A stretch of DNA of 64,000 nucleotides from Eubacteriales bacterium (GTDB lineage: Bacteria; Bacillota; Clostridia; Oscillospirales; CAG-272). Shown in pieces: positions 1-10,174 of the stretch (position 1 is the stretch's first letter; the number at the start of each line of letters is the position of its first letter). The stretch covers positions 420-64,419 of the forward strand of contig JAZUPL010000010.1 of assembly GCA_045605175.1 (NCBI GenBank). The letters are read 5' to 3'. The notes beneath the pieces were generated by a model. That model was not told where the DNA came from. It saw only the letters and a program-made list of their open reading frames with translations, and searched no databases. The position numbers and the translations under genes were made by a program.

Positions 1-648
1 CTTCAACTCAACGAGTCTGACAGAGCGAACAAGTCTATCTGCCATTTTCATAGTCATAATAATACTCGCCCCTTGGCTGCGAGGCAGGTACATTTGAGTA
101 ATTAAGTCTGCGGTTATTCTATCAGAGGTCACAAGAGTTGCCGAGTTTTTTTCGCCACGGCGTACGAAGGCTATGGCACTAAGTCTTGTAATCTCGTTTA
201 CTCCGTAATTTTCCTTTCCCTGCCAGGGCGTGCCACAGGCGTAGGGCACTCCGTCAAAAAATCGAATTATAGGCTTGTCACCGTTAAGGTAATGAACCCT
301 TTGTCCGAAGTTCTTAAGCCACAGGCGTGTGTGGGTTGTCTTACCCACTCCGCTTTTCGCAGTAAAGGCGTACGCCTCACCGTCAAAATTAAGCACTGCT
401 CCGTGAAAAACAAAGGCGTCATAAGACGGAAGTATTTCGGCTATCTTTCTGTAAACAACTATGGACTCAAGATACCCCTTGGAAAACTCTATATCCGATT
501 TCTTTCGCTCTTGCTCGATCTCCTCGTCCTCCGCCCTGACCGTAAACTCGGGCTCGGCTTCGGTAAGGTAGTCGGCGGCAAAATGCTCGATATATTTATA
601 CTTGTTATCAATGCCGATATTTAATTCAGCAATACGGATAGTTATCAT
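1..648 (-). CDS. HPr-kinase/PEPCK-like P-loop protein (HprK C-terminal-domain-like); 3' end lies outside the window
   Basis: Hand translation of the minus strand from ATG 648-646 (GGAG RBS 5 nt upstream) stays open to position 1: MITIRIAELNIGIDNKYKYIEHF...HGAVLNFDGEAYAFTAKSGVGKTTHTRLWLKNFG...GTPWQGKE. It carries a Walker-A-like SGVGKTT motif. It is absent from the ORF track because the window edge truncates it; the listed 292..624 + ORF is its antisense shadow. Confidence 0.55.
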   Translation of the reverse strand, partial: MITIRIAELNIGIDNKYKYIEHFAADYLTEAEPEFTVRAEDEEIEQERKKSDIEFSKGYLESIVVYRKIAEILPSYDAFVFHGAVLNFDGEAYAFTAKSGVGKTTHTRLWLKNFGQRVHYLNGDKPIIRFFDGVPYACGTPWQGKENYGVNEITRLSAIAFVRRGEKNSATLVTSDRITADLITQMYLPRSQGASIIMTMKMADRLVRSVRLVELK

Positions 649-659
649 TTTAACTCCAA

Positions 660-3614
660 TCAAGATTCTTTAAGATATGCGGCAATAAGACTGTCGTTGC
701 CCTCGCCAATGTTGATAAACATAAACTGCTCAAGACTTCCATCATATATAACCGTAGCAAGGGCATCGCAGTAGTAAAACGCATCTTCTCGAATGGCATG
801 CAACGAAGTTGGAATCTGAATACGCGATAGAGCGGTGCAACCGTTAAAGGTATCCTTTTCTATCACGGAAATACCCTCGTAAATCTCTATATTGACGAGG
901 GCGGCACATCCCAGGAATGCCTGTGAACCAAGTTCTTTAAGCGACTTTGACAGCCTGACATCATAAAGCGAGGTGCAATTAAAGAATACGCACTCCCCTA
1001 TTCTTTGAACACCGTCGCCCATTATAAATGTGCCAAGCGATATACATTGTTCAAAAGCACTTGCACCTATTCTTTTTACACTCTCGGGCAGTACAACCTC
1101 TCCAAGGGCTATGCAGGCTATAAACGCCGAGTCACCGATTACTTCGATTTTTTCATTCCACTTAATATCCGTAAGTTTGGAGCAACCGCTAAATGCGCCC
1201 TTTGAAATAAGTATAAGTTCACGCGGAAGTTTTACGCTAACGAGATTCTCCGTCGAACTGAATGCTGCATTACCTATTTCTGTAACAGTATCAGCCATTA
1301 CAACCTCTTTTAAGGATTTGCATTTTGTGAACATTCTGGGAGGGATAGCGTGGGCAAGTCCACGAATATCTGCACGTACAAGCGCATCGCAATACTCAAA
1401 ACAACCTTCGCCTGCGGTGGTTATATTCCCGAGGTTGACGTCGCTTAAGAGTTTGCAGTTATAGAAAGAATACGCACCTATGGTTTTAAGCGATGGGGTG
1501 AAGTTAAACTGCTTTAAGGAGGTGCAGGAAGAAAACGCGCTTGCTCCTATCGACTTAAGAGAAGAAGGCGTATTTATTTTTGTAAGAGATGTGCAGTATT
1601 GGAATGCCGCATAGCCGATTTTCTCTATCGACGAGGGGAGTTTAATCTCGGAAAGCGCCTTGCAATCATAGAAGGTATCCTGACCTATCTCGGTATATCT
1701 ACCCTCAAATACAACCTCGCTAAGCGAGGTGCAACCCATACAAATGCCCATAGGTGTGACACCACTGCCACGGAATACTATCTTTTTAAGCCCTGCCGCT
1801 TCAAGAAGAAGATAATCGCCATATTCCACCGAATCCAGAACGGTAAACTCCACAAGTCCGCTGCCCGAAAAGGCATAGTTTCCGACCTTTTTTATAGAGT
1901 CCGGCAGTTCTATTGACGAAAGAAGAGAGCAATCGGCAAAGGCATAGTCGCCGATATCGGTTATGCCGTTATAAAGAGTTACCGATGCGAGTTTGGTACA
2001 ACCTGCAAACATATAATTTGAGAGGTATTTAAGCGACTGTGGCAGGGTTATAGAGGATAAACCGAGGTTATATGCAAAGGCATATTCCCCTACCATCTCA
2101 AGGTTTGACGAAAATCCTACGGTTGACAAAACCGAGCAGGAGGCAAAAGCGCTCTCGCCTATTTCTTTTACATTACCTGCCGACATATCAGCATTTTCCA
2201 AGAAAGTGGCATTCTCAAAGGCAGAGTCGCCTACATATTCAACCGACGTGGGGAAAACCACCTCGACTATATCTCTGTTTGAGGCAAAGGCGGTGGTAAT
2301 CCTCTTTACCCCGTCGGGTATAGTGACCGATATGCCCACAATCTTTTCGACGGTAGCGCCACCCTCATTTACCCGACGCTTGATTATTTTCGCGTTATCG
2401 GTTTCAAGAAGCACGCGATTGATACCCGTACCTCTTGCCTGGGTATTATACTTTACAAGTATTCCGTCACCGACTATAACAAACTCGTCGGTCAGAGTGC
2501 CGAAAACAGGGGTATAATCAAAGGCGTATCTGCCTACAAATTTAACCGTGTCGGGCAGGTCAAAATTCACCCCGCTTACACCGGACGGACACTGCAACGA
2601 AGAAAGAGATTTTGAGTTATAAAATGCGTATTCACCAACAGTTTCAATCCTGTCGGAAAGCACTACACTCGTCAAATTCTCCGAATCCGAAAAGGCGTGA
2701 GGGCCGATATGAAGGGCGTCTTTTGGAAGTGAGTATGCAATCACCTCGGACTTCGGGGGCAACATAACAACGGTTTTTGTTTGTTTATCGTATAGCACGC
2801 CCCCCTCGGTAGAGTATCGGGCATTTTCTGCGGGAACAGAGATACTCTCTAAATTTTCGCATTCTGCAAAGGCATACTTCCCTATCTCCTGCATGCTCAC
2901 AGGCAGGTTTACATTCTTCAAAAGCGAGCAGCGGCGGAAACACTCATCACCAAGTGCAATCACACCTTCAAGTTCGAGACTTTCAAGAGAATTGCAACCA
3001 TAGAAAGCACCCTCGCCGATTTTTTTAACAGTGCCGTTGCTATTAAATTCGGCTAAAAATTTACTTCCTGAAAAACAATATGGAGGTATCTCGGTAACCG
3101 CCGAGGGAATTGTAATTGACGAAATTCCCGAACAATAGAACGCAGAGTTTCCAAGTGACAATAAACTCTCGGGCAGATTCACCTCGGAAAGTCCTGCACA
3201 TTCGTAAAACGCAGAGTCGCCAATATGTTTAAGTTCGTCGCCAATTTCTACTTTGTAAAGTGCAGAGCAACCGTAAAATGCCGCCTTGCCAATCGAGGTT
3301 ACAGCAGAGCCAATATGAACCACACTCACCGACTTTTGCCCGTAAAACAAGCCCTCGCCCAGCGATGTTACGGCCCGGCTCTCAATGTAACTCGGCATAA
3401 AAATCTCGATGTCATCACCAAGATATGAAACAAGTTCTATTGTATTATTTTCAAGAATTATATATTCGTAATCCTCAAATGTAAAGACCTCCCTTTGGGG
3501 AATTTCCTGATTTGAAAGCGATATAAATAATACAGTCAATCCCACGAGAATAAGTGTCAGCACAATTGCAATTATCAAAATAATTTTTGCTTTTTTGGAC
3601 TCAAAAACAGACAT
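660..3614 (-). CDS. Leucine-rich-repeat (BspA/LRR_5-type) surface protein with N-terminal membrane anchor
   Basis: 984-aa ORF with an N-terminal TM (KAKIILIIAIVLTLILVGLTVLFISL). This is followed by dozens of ~23-aa repeats of the form LP.S...IG..AF..C..L..V. AAGGA RBS; the stop is 12 nt upstream of the next ATG. Confidence 0.85.
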   Translation of the reverse strand: MSVFESKKAKIILIIAIVLTLILVGLTVLFISLSNQEIPQREVFTFEDYEYIILENNTIELVSYLGDDIEIFMPSYIESRAVTSLGEGLFYGQKSVSVVHIGSAVTSIGKAAFYGCSALYKVEIGDELKHIGDSAFYECAGLSEVNLPESLLSLGNSAFYCSGISSITIPSAVTEIPPYCFSGSKFLAEFNSNGTVKKIGEGAFYGCNSLESLELEGVIALGDECFRRCSLLKNVNLPVSMQEIGKYAFAECENLESISVPAENARYSTEGGVLYDKQTKTVVMLPPKSEVIAYSLPKDALHIGPHAFSDSENLTSVVLSDRIETVGEYAFYNSKSLSSLQCPSGVSGVNFDLPDTVKFVGRYAFDYTPVFGTLTDEFVIVGDGILVKYNTQARGTGINRVLLETDNAKIIKRRVNEGGATVEKIVGISVTIPDGVKRITTAFASNRDIVEVVFPTSVEYVGDSAFENATFLENADMSAGNVKEIGESAFASCSVLSTVGFSSNLEMVGEYAFAYNLGLSSITLPQSLKYLSNYMFAGCTKLASVTLYNGITDIGDYAFADCSLLSSIELPDSIKKVGNYAFSGSGLVEFTVLDSVEYGDYLLLEAAGLKKIVFRGSGVTPMGICMGCTSLSEVVFEGRYTEIGQDTFYDCKALSEIKLPSSIEKIGYAAFQYCTSLTKINTPSSLKSIGASAFSSCTSLKQFNFTPSLKTIGAYSFYNCKLLSDVNLGNITTAGEGCFEYCDALVRADIRGLAHAIPPRMFTKCKSLKEVVMADTVTEIGNAAFSSTENLVSVKLPRELILISKGAFSGCSKLTDIKWNEKIEVIGDSAFIACIALGEVVLPESVKRIGASAFEQCISLGTFIMGDGVQRIGECVFFNCTSLYDVRLSKSLKELGSQAFLGCAALVNIEIYEGISVIEKDTFNGCTALSRIQIPTSLHAIREDAFYYCDALATVIYDGSLEQFMFINIGEGNDSLIAAYLKES

Positions 3615-3798
3615 ATTGTTTTCCTTAAATCTTTTTATCTTTATAATTATATAAAAAATAACACTCTATGTCAATAAGTTGTTTTCGCTTTCATAACTTT
3701 TAACCATTTTTTTCGTCAATTCGACCAATAAGTTTTCCTTATGTTGTATATTTAGTAGAGGGGTGGAAACAATAACTAAAAATTCAAAAGGAGTTTGT

Positions 3799-5067
3799 AT
3801 GAAAAAAATATTTGTTTTTCTGCTTGCAATTTGCATGACATTCGGATGCTTTTCTTCTTTTGCCTATGCCGCCTTCGGAAGCGGAGTTGCCGTTTTGGCA
3901 CAGGATGTTGAACTTGTAAAAACCGGACTTTTAGGTCAGAAACTACACTTTACCGACAAGGATTTCAAGTGTGCCTTTGCAACAAAGGATTTCGAAAGCA
4001 TAAAGATTGTAAGTCTGCCTAAATCCACCGAGGGAACACTTCTCCTTGCAGGCAGAAGAGTTGTCGAGGGACAGACTATCAAACGCAAAAACATAGGCTC
4101 TTTGGTATTTGTTCCGCTTTCAAATGAGGTGAGCGAGGCAAGTTTCATCTTTATTCTTAACGACAGGGCGGGAAACAACGAAACCACCTGCCATATAAGA
4201 TTCCTCGACAAGGTTAATTACTCCCCGTCCTTTGACGAGGAAAACACCACCGACGTATTCCACACAACACAAGAGAATATTTCATATTACGGCGAGGTGA
4301 CAGTAAACGAGCCTGAGGGCGATGAACTGAAATATATGATTGTGCAGTATCCTGAAAACGGTGTGTTTGAATTTTTGGACGGTGGCAGATACAGATATAC
4401 TCCAAACAGCGGATTTACAGGTTATGACAGCGTTATCATAGTGGCAAGAGATGAGTATGGAAACTATACTCCTACCAAAACACTTATGCTCAAAACGGTA
4501 GATAGAATGTCGGATATTGTTTTCGTCGATATGACCGAGCGAGAGGAATACAATGCGGCTGTTGCTATGAGTGCGCTTGGAATTATGGAGGGGAGCAAGG
4601 TCGGTGACGATAACTACTTCTCCCCGGAGGAAAGTGTAACAAAGGCAGAGTTTGTGGCTATGGCTATGAAGGCGGCGGGGATAAAAGCTGACAGCACCTT
4701 AAAAACCACCTTCTTTGATGACAATGATGAAATCCCAACCTCTTTGATGTCCTATATCGCAACAGCGCAAAGAGTTGGAATTATAGACGGTGAATACACC
4801 AAAGAGGGGCTTGTATTTAAGCCTAATGAGAAAATTAACCTCTATCAGGTTGCCGAAATAATAGCCAAACTTACAACTAAAACGCAAAACAATGAAGAAA
4901 GCGAGCAGTACACCTACAACGAAACCGTGCCTATTTATGCGAGGGCGAGTGTAAGTGCAGTATGTACTCTTGGCATCTTTAAGATGAGCGCAGAAAAGGT
5001 AAACGGACTGCAAGTGCCCACCCGTGCAGAGATTGCGCAGTATTTATATCGAATGATAAACGCATAA
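3799..5067 (+). CDS. Secreted S-layer-homology (SLH) domain protein
   Basis: ORF 3763..5067. The preferred start is ATG 3799 after an AAAGGAG RBS, giving signal peptide MKKIFVFLLAICMTFGCFSSFAYA. The C-terminus has three SLH-like repeats (e.g. YNAAVAMSALGIMEGSKVGDDNYFSPEESVTKAEFVAMAMKAAGI). Confidence 0.8.
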   Translation: MKKIFVFLLAICMTFGCFSSFAYAAFGSGVAVLAQDVELVKTGLLGQKLHFTDKDFKCAFATKDFESIKIVSLPKSTEGTLLLAGRRVVEGQTIKRKNIGSLVFVPLSNEVSEASFIFILNDRAGNNETTCHIRFLDKVNYSPSFDEENTTDVFHTTQENISYYGEVTVNEPEGDELKYMIVQYPENGVFEFLDGGRYRYTPNSGFTGYDSVIIVARDEYGNYTPTKTLMLKTVDRMSDIVFVDMTEREEYNAAVAMSALGIMEGSKVGDDNYFSPEESVTKAEFVAMAMKAAGIKADSTLKTTFFDDNDEIPTSLMSYIATAQRVGIIDGEYTKEGLVFKPNEKINLYQVAEIIAKLTTKTQNNEESEQYTYNETVPIYARASVSAVCTLGIFKMSAEKVNGLQVPTRAEIAQYLYRMINA

Positions 5068-5106
5068 TGTAAACCATTATTTGCGTTATCATTTCCGCCT
5101 TGTCAG

Positions 5107-5179
5107 AAAAACGCCCCATTTTGAAGCGAACCCAAAAGTTTAGACACTTTTGGATGTGCATATCAACAGGGGCGTTTTT
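5107..5179. terminator. Bidirectional intrinsic terminator between convergent genes
   Basis: AAAAACGCCCC ... GGGGCGTTTTT long stem with an inner hairpin CCAAAAGT/ACTTTTGG. A-run and T-run flanks allow termination in both directions. Confidence 0.6.
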
Positions 5180-5217
5180 GATTTGTTATTTACTTTACGG
5201 TTTTATTTCTTAACCGT

Positions 5218-6753
5218 TTAATTTCTTAAAGATGCTGCTATTTGGCGGGGCAGGTCGGAGGGAATAACGCCAAAGGGCGAATATTCTTTTGCCAATGTGT
5301 CTGCGGCGTAAGCGTGGAAGTACACGGCTATGCTTGAAGCACGGATTGGCTCTATCCCCTGTGCCAGCATAGACACAAGAAATCCCGAAAGTACATCACC
5401 GCTTCCCGCCTTTGCAAGAGCGGATGAGCCTGATGAATTGATAAAAACGCTGTTTCCATCGGTAATTATTGTTCCTGCACCCTTTAATACAAGTATGCAC
5501 CTTTGCTCTGCGGCAAACTTCTTCGCCGCCTCTATTCTGTGCAGTTGGATATTGCTGACATCATTTCCGCAAAGGCGTGAAAACTCCAAGGGGTGAGGGG
5601 TTAATATAATTGTCCTCTCGCTTTCCCTTATCAGTTTAAGTGATTCTTCCCTTTTGTCGGCAAGGACATTTATAGCATCAGCATCAAGCACCAACGGTCC
5701 ACCTGCCATACTAATCAATGCACAAGTTAATCTATAAAGGCCCTCGGTTGAGTCACTACCCGACCCGATAAGTGTAGCACTCGCCTTTTTCGACAGGTCT
5801 TTTAGCATTTCTATTCTTTCTTCGTCAATGTTTTCGATGCTTTCGACGGTTTTATAGAGTGCCTCCGGCATTTTTTGACACAGGCTATTGACAAGGCTCT
5901 CACAACCTGCAAATTCTACATAGCCTGCTCCACCACGCAATGCTCCCTCCAAGGATAAATGCGCAGCACCGGGAAACCGCTGTGAGCCTGTTATCATAAA
6001 CACACGTCCGAAGGTACTCTTGTTGGAATTCTCTTCCCTTTTAGGCAGCATTGAGCGAGCGCACTCCTCGTCCACCAATTCGTGATTAAAACCAAACCTT
6101 GACTCTATCTGTTCTCTCGGCAAACCAAGGTTATCAAACAGGATTTCACCCACATAGGGCTTTGCGGGATAGGACACAAGTCCCGGCTTGATAAACGAGA
6201 GGACTACCGTAGCATTCATTCGACAGGCGAGCGTGGTATCCACAGCACCTGTGTCGGCATTTATACCGATAGGCACGTCAATTGCTATTTTTATCGCACC
6301 CGATGTTTCGTTTACCGTCCTTGAAAGTCTGATAATTTCATCAGGAGCATCTCCGACAAATCCTGTGCCGAAGATAGCATCTACAAGACAATCGGCACTC
6401 GATATAAGATTGTCTATCTCCTTTTGCTGATTATACTCCACGAGTTTTGAGCCTGTTTCGATATATTTATTAAGATAATATTTTCCACACTCGGTGCGTT
6501 GACCTTTGCCAAACACGTCAACAACAGTCACCTCATAATCGTCGCATAAAAGACAAGCGGCGGCATAACCATCTCCACCGTTGTTGCCCTTGCCTGCAAG
6601 GAAAACCACCTTTGAACCTGCTTTTACACGCTCTCGTACAGCATTTTCTACCGCTTTACCGCTTCTTCCCATAAGTTGAATAAGCGATATGCCCAACTCT
6701 GTTTCGGCATATTTATCTATCTCGCCTATCTGATTTGACAATGCAAGCAACAT
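5218..6753 (-). CDS. nnr: Bifunctional NAD(P)H-hydrate repair enzyme (epimerase + ADP-dependent dehydratase)
   Basis: 511 aa. The N-terminal YjeF_N part has GKGNNGGDGY; the C-terminal carbohydrate-kinase-like part has GPLVLDADAIN ... AKAGSGDVLSG. AAGGAG RBS. Confidence 0.9.
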   Translation of the reverse strand: MLLALSNQIGEIDKYAETELGISLIQLMGRSGKAVENAVRERVKAGSKVVFLAGKGNNGGDGYAAACLLCDDYEVTVVDVFGKGQRTECGKYYLNKYIETGSKLVEYNQQKEIDNLISSADCLVDAIFGTGFVGDAPDEIIRLSRTVNETSGAIKIAIDVPIGINADTGAVDTTLACRMNATVVLSFIKPGLVSYPAKPYVGEILFDNLGLPREQIESRFGFNHELVDEECARSMLPKREENSNKSTFGRVFMITGSQRFPGAAHLSLEGALRGGAGYVEFAGCESLVNSLCQKMPEALYKTVESIENIDEERIEMLKDLSKKASATLIGSGSDSTEGLYRLTCALISMAGGPLVLDADAINVLADKREESLKLIRESERTIILTPHPLEFSRLCGNDVSNIQLHRIEAAKKFAAEQRCILVLKGAGTIITDGNSVFINSSGSSALAKAGSGDVLSGFLVSMLAQGIEPIRASSIAVYFHAYAADTLAKEYSPFGVIPSDLPRQIAASLRN

Positions 6754-7014
6754 AACTCATACTCCTTATTTTATTAAGAACATTTTAACATATTTCTCTC
6801 TTGATTTCAATAGTGTTTGACTAAAATATACAAATCTTCTTTATAAAATTATTTGTTTTTGTTATAATGGCGTTAAATGTAGTTGATTTCTTTTTTGTAA
6901 AAAATTAGGCATCGCGTGACGGATACCTAACCCCAGGCTTTTGCCTTTGGTTTTATCGCTTGCGATGCCTTATTCTATAATAAAATTATGAAAAAGAGAT
7001 TTTTGACGGTAAAA

Positions 7015-7926
7015 TCAGAAGTTCTCGGGATATACTCCTGCTGCCTTGAGCGCACGGAATGCCTCAACCACCATAGGCTTATCCTCTTTGTAGGTTACGC
7101 CATACCACTTATCCTCGTTGTCAAGTACACGGACGTCTGCCTTACCCTCGGCTATAAGTTCTGCAATTATATTGGCAAGATAGAACTCACACTTCTCCGG
7201 ATTTTTGGGCAGGTTTACGTCAAGGAATTTGGGGAAACGTGCCTTGCATTCCTCAAGATACGCGGGGGTGAAGCCCCAGAGGTTCATAGAAACAAGCGTT
7301 TCGGGATCAAGGTCGTAATCCACACCGTCCTCGGTGAAGTAAATCTCGCCATTAGGTCTAACACTTACCTTGGTGCGTTCTACTATATCGGTGAGCATTC
7401 CGTCCTCGTAAGAGCATACACCACGGGATACAGATCCCTGTTCGCTTACGGTATTCTTGATACGGTAGCCTACCATCGCAAAGTGGTACTTGTCGTCCTC
7501 GGTAGTATTCTTCAAAAATTCGTAGATCTTCTCGAATGCGTGTGCGCCATAGTAGTCATCTGCATTTATCACCGCAAAGGGCGCCTCTACCGTACCAAGA
7601 CAGCAAAGGAGCGCGTGCGCAGTTCCCCAGGGCTTTCTGCGTCCTTCGGGTATGGAATAGCCCTCGGGAAGTTTGTCAAGTTCCTGGAATACATACTTAA
7701 CATTTATATTCTTTCCTGAAAGGTGAGCGTCCATTACCTCGCGAAATTCCTTCTCTATTTCATGCTTGATGATAAAGGTGACATCTCTGAATCCTGCCTT
7801 GATAGCATCATAGATAGAAAAATCAATGATAATGTGGCCCTCATCGTCCACCTTATCAATCTGTTTAAGTCCACCGTAGCGACTACCCATTCCTGCAGCC
7901 ATAATTACTAATTCAGGATTTTTCAT
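7015..7926 (-). CDS. Sugar-phosphate nucleotidyltransferase family protein
   Basis: ORF 7015..8049. The RBS-supported start is at 7926 (AAAGGAGAGTTGAA-ATG), giving MKNPELVIMAAGMGSRYGGLKQID. This is the G-rich NTP-transferase loop, and INADDYYG follows. Confidence 0.75.
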   Translation of the reverse strand: MKNPELVIMAAGMGSRYGGLKQIDKVDDEGHIIIDFSIYDAIKAGFRDVTFIIKHEIEKEFREVMDAHLSGKNINVKYVFQELDKLPEGYSIPEGRRKPWGTAHALLCCLGTVEAPFAVINADDYYGAHAFEKIYEFLKNTTEDDKYHFAMVGYRIKNTVSEQGSVSRGVCSYEDGMLTDIVERTKVSVRPNGEIYFTEDGVDYDLDPETLVSMNLWGFTPAYLEECKARFPKFLDVNLPKNPEKCEFYLANIIAELIAEGKADVRVLDNEDKWYGVTYKEDKPMVVEAFRALKAAGVYPENF

Positions 7927-8111
7927 TTCAACTCTCCTTTTAAGTTTTTTATTTATATTATAAAACGCGTGTATGTTTTTTTCAAGTAAAAATATGCCTA
8001 TGTTTTTGTAAAATTGAACAACTGTGGAGTATTTTACAAAACCCGACATTGCTATTGCTTTTATGACGAAAATGTTGTAAAATATTTATAACGAACTCTT
8101 GCGAGGGGTAT

Positions 8112-9083
8112 ATGCGAGAACTTATTATAAAGAAAAACGACGCAGGACAGAGGCTTGACAAGTTTATTACAAAAACCCTTGATTTGCCTATGAGCCTGCT
8201 ATATAAATCAATAAGAACTAAAAAAATAAAGGTCAACCGTGCACGCGCAGAAGTCGGCACTATTCTTAAAGAGGGCGACACTGTGCAATGCTTCTTGCGA
8301 GAAGATTTGTTCCGTAAACTTGACGGCGAGGGTGCAGAGGTTGGCTCTTCGCTCTCCTTGATACGCCCAAGTCTTGATATTATATACGAAGACGAAAATA
8401 TTATGCTCGTAAACAAAGCCCCGGGTGTTTCGGTGCATGAGGACGAGAGTGCAAGCAACAACACACTTATAATGCATATACAGGCATATCTTTTTCAAAA
8501 AGGGGAATACAATCCCCTCGACGAGCAGAGTTTTGCCCCCGCCCTATGCAACAGGATTGACAGAAACACTGGTGGAATTGTCATAGCGGCGAAAAATGCC
8601 GAGGCACTTCGGGTTATGAATGAAAAAATAAAACTGCGTGAGATTGACAAGTTCTACCTTGCGGCGATACACGGAATACCAAAAAAGTCCTCCGATACAC
8701 TTCACGGATACCTTATCAAGGACGAGAAAAACAATCTCGTAAGAGTGTATAAAACTAATCCCCCAAGAGGCGCAAAGGAGATAATAACGAAATACCGAGT
8801 CATATGCACTGCGGCAGATTTGGCACTCATTGAGGTGGAGTTGCTCACGGGAAGGACGCACCAGATAAGAGCGCATATGGCGTCAATAGGTCATCCTCTG
8901 GTTGGTGACGGTAAGTATGGGGTAAACAAAGCCGATAGACGAGGGGGGTATAAATACCAAGCACTTTACTCCTACAAACTGCGTTTTTCCTTCAAGGGCG
9001 AGGCTACTCTGCTCGAATATCTAAACGGCAGGGAGTTCTCTATTCGCAAGGATACAATCTATTTTACAAAGGAATTTTTCTAA
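8112..9083 (+). CDS. RluA-family rRNA pseudouridine synthase with S4 domain
   Basis: 323 aa with an N-terminal S4-like region. Catalytic region PALCNRIDRNTGGIV and HQIRAHMASIGHPLVGDGKYG. Confidence 0.88.
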   Translation: MRELIIKKNDAGQRLDKFITKTLDLPMSLLYKSIRTKKIKVNRARAEVGTILKEGDTVQCFLREDLFRKLDGEGAEVGSSLSLIRPSLDIIYEDENIMLVNKAPGVSVHEDESASNNTLIMHIQAYLFQKGEYNPLDEQSFAPALCNRIDRNTGGIVIAAKNAEALRVMNEKIKLREIDKFYLAAIHGIPKKSSDTLHGYLIKDEKNNLVRVYKTNPPRGAKEIITKYRVICTAADLALIEVELLTGRTHQIRAHMASIGHPLVGDGKYGVNKADRRGGYKYQALYSYKLRFSFKGEATLLEYLNGREFSIRKDTIYFTKEFF

Positions 9084-9092
9084 AAAATTTAT

Positions 9093-9125
9093 GGCGACTG
9101 CACATAGGTGTGCGGTCGCCATTTT
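9093..9125. terminator. Bidirectional intrinsic terminator (rluA-family gene / dut)
   Basis: GGCGACTGCACA-TAGG-TGTGCGGTCGCC hairpin flanked by an A-run upstream and ATTTT downstream. Confidence 0.7.
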
Positions 9126-9169
9126 AGTTATTTTTCATTCACTATCTGATACCGTCTTTTTATAAGGTT

Positions 9170-9601
9170 TTATGTTCTGCCGGTTGAACCAAAGCCACCC
9201 TCACCTCTTTGGGTGTCGGTTAACTCGTCCACCTCATCAAAGGCAACCTGTACGAAGGGGGTTATCACCATTTGAGCCACGCGCTCGCCTGCCAAAACAA
9301 CCGCCTCGCTTTCCGAATGGTTATGGAGTGCAACCATAATTTCGCCACGGTAGTCGGCATCAATTACACCGACCTTGTTAGCAGGGGCAAGTCCGCGCTT
9401 GGTGGCAAGACCGCTACGAGCAAATATAAGCCCACAATAGCCCTCGGGTATTTCTACCGCAATTCCAGTATGAATAAGCACGGTGGAATGAGGGGGGATA
9501 GTAATGTCACATTCGGGAAGATTGTATAAATCCGCACCCGCAGAAAGCGGTGTAGCATAGGTTGGAGTTATTGCGTTTTCATTTAGTTTTTTGAAATTCA
9601 T
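9170..9601 (-). CDS. dut: dUTP diphosphatase
   Basis: 143 aa with the dUTPase motifs AGADLY, ARSGLATK, GVIDADYRGEI and RGEGGFGSTG. Confidence 0.93.
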   Translation of the reverse strand: MNFKKLNENAITPTYATPLSAGADLYNLPECDITIPPHSTVLIHTGIAVEIPEGYCGLIFARSGLATKRGLAPANKVGVIDADYRGEIMVALHNHSESEAVVLAGERVAQMVITPFVQVAFDEVDELTDTQRGEGGFGSTGRT

Positions 9602-9612
9602 AATTACCTCAC

Positions 9613-10161
9613 TTAAAAAGTTCTATCGAATTTACAGCCATCCCAGATTACTATTTCGCCCTCTGCTTTTGTCTTTTTTAGGTCGATAATTCTCTGGTTT
9701 TTAGAGCCTCGAAAACGAAGTCCAAGACTCTTCTCTTCCTCGACAAATCTGCCGTCAACAAGTATATCCACATATGAGAGCAACTCGGCTGTAATGGGCA
9801 GGCATTTTTCGTGAGAAAAAGGTTCACCTATTAGTTCCTCATAGAGGTTGCCTGTATAGAGCCACACGGTTTTATCAGGAAAACGAGAGCGAAACTCCCG
9901 CAGGAAAGGCAGAAGTCCCTCTTGGTTTTCAGGCTCCATAGGCTCGCCACCAAGAATGGTAATGCCCCTGACAGAGGAATTGGAAACACTCTCGAAAATC
10001 TGTTCCCATTCGGCGGTCGTAAAGGGACTACCATAGTCAAAAGCCCATGTCTGTTTTTGGAAACAGCCAGGACAACGGTTGCGACACCCACTTACAAATA
10101 GAGTCGTACGAATTCCCTCGCCATTTGCAATATCAAAGTTCTTTATAGCACCGTAATACAT
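9613..10161 (-). CDS. nrdG: Anaerobic ribonucleoside-triphosphate reductase activating protein (radical SAM)
   Basis: 182 aa. GEGIRTTLFVSGCRNRCPGCFQKQTW is the NrdG-type CxxxCxxC cluster. It lies 11-13 nt from both neighbours. Confidence 0.88.
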   Translation of the reverse strand: MYYGAIKNFDIANGEGIRTTLFVSGCRNRCPGCFQKQTWAFDYGSPFTTAEWEQIFESVSNSSVRGITILGGEPMEPENQEGLLPFLREFRSRFPDKTVWLYTGNLYEELIGEPFSHEKCLPITAELLSYVDILVDGRFVEEEKSLGLRFRGSKNQRIIDLKKTKAEGEIVIWDGCKFDRTF

Positions 10162-10174
10162 TGTAAACTCCTGT

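Noticed and set aside
292-624. 110-aa plus-strand ORF at the left edge of the window.
   Set aside because: It is antisense to a longer minus-strand reading frame that is open from 648 to position 1. That frame has an RBS and a P-loop motif, whereas the plus-strand product has no recognisable features.
6754-7014. Plus-strand promoter-like TTGACT-17-TATAAA and TGTTATAAT boxes pointing into a hairpin-rich 150-nt stretch, as a possible sRNA.
   Set aside because: The same AT-rich DNA carries a better minus-strand promoter (TTGAAA-17-TGTTAAAAT) for nnr. The large hairpin (AGGCATCGC...GCGATGCCT followed by a T-run on the minus strand) is well explained as the terminator of the nucleotidyltransferase gene. 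No plus-strand T-tract follows the hairpin.
7927-8049. N-terminal extensions offered by the ORF track. These are 7927-8049, 28506-28526, 53175-53222, 54182-54310, 45073-45117, 42428-42481, 60490-60525, 25562-25603, 17875-17889 and 50238-50252.
   Set aside because: In each case an internal ATG preceded by a good Shine-Dalgarno sequence begins the conserved N-terminus or signal peptide. The extension uses TTG/GTG or lacks an RBS, and often overlaps the upstream gene.
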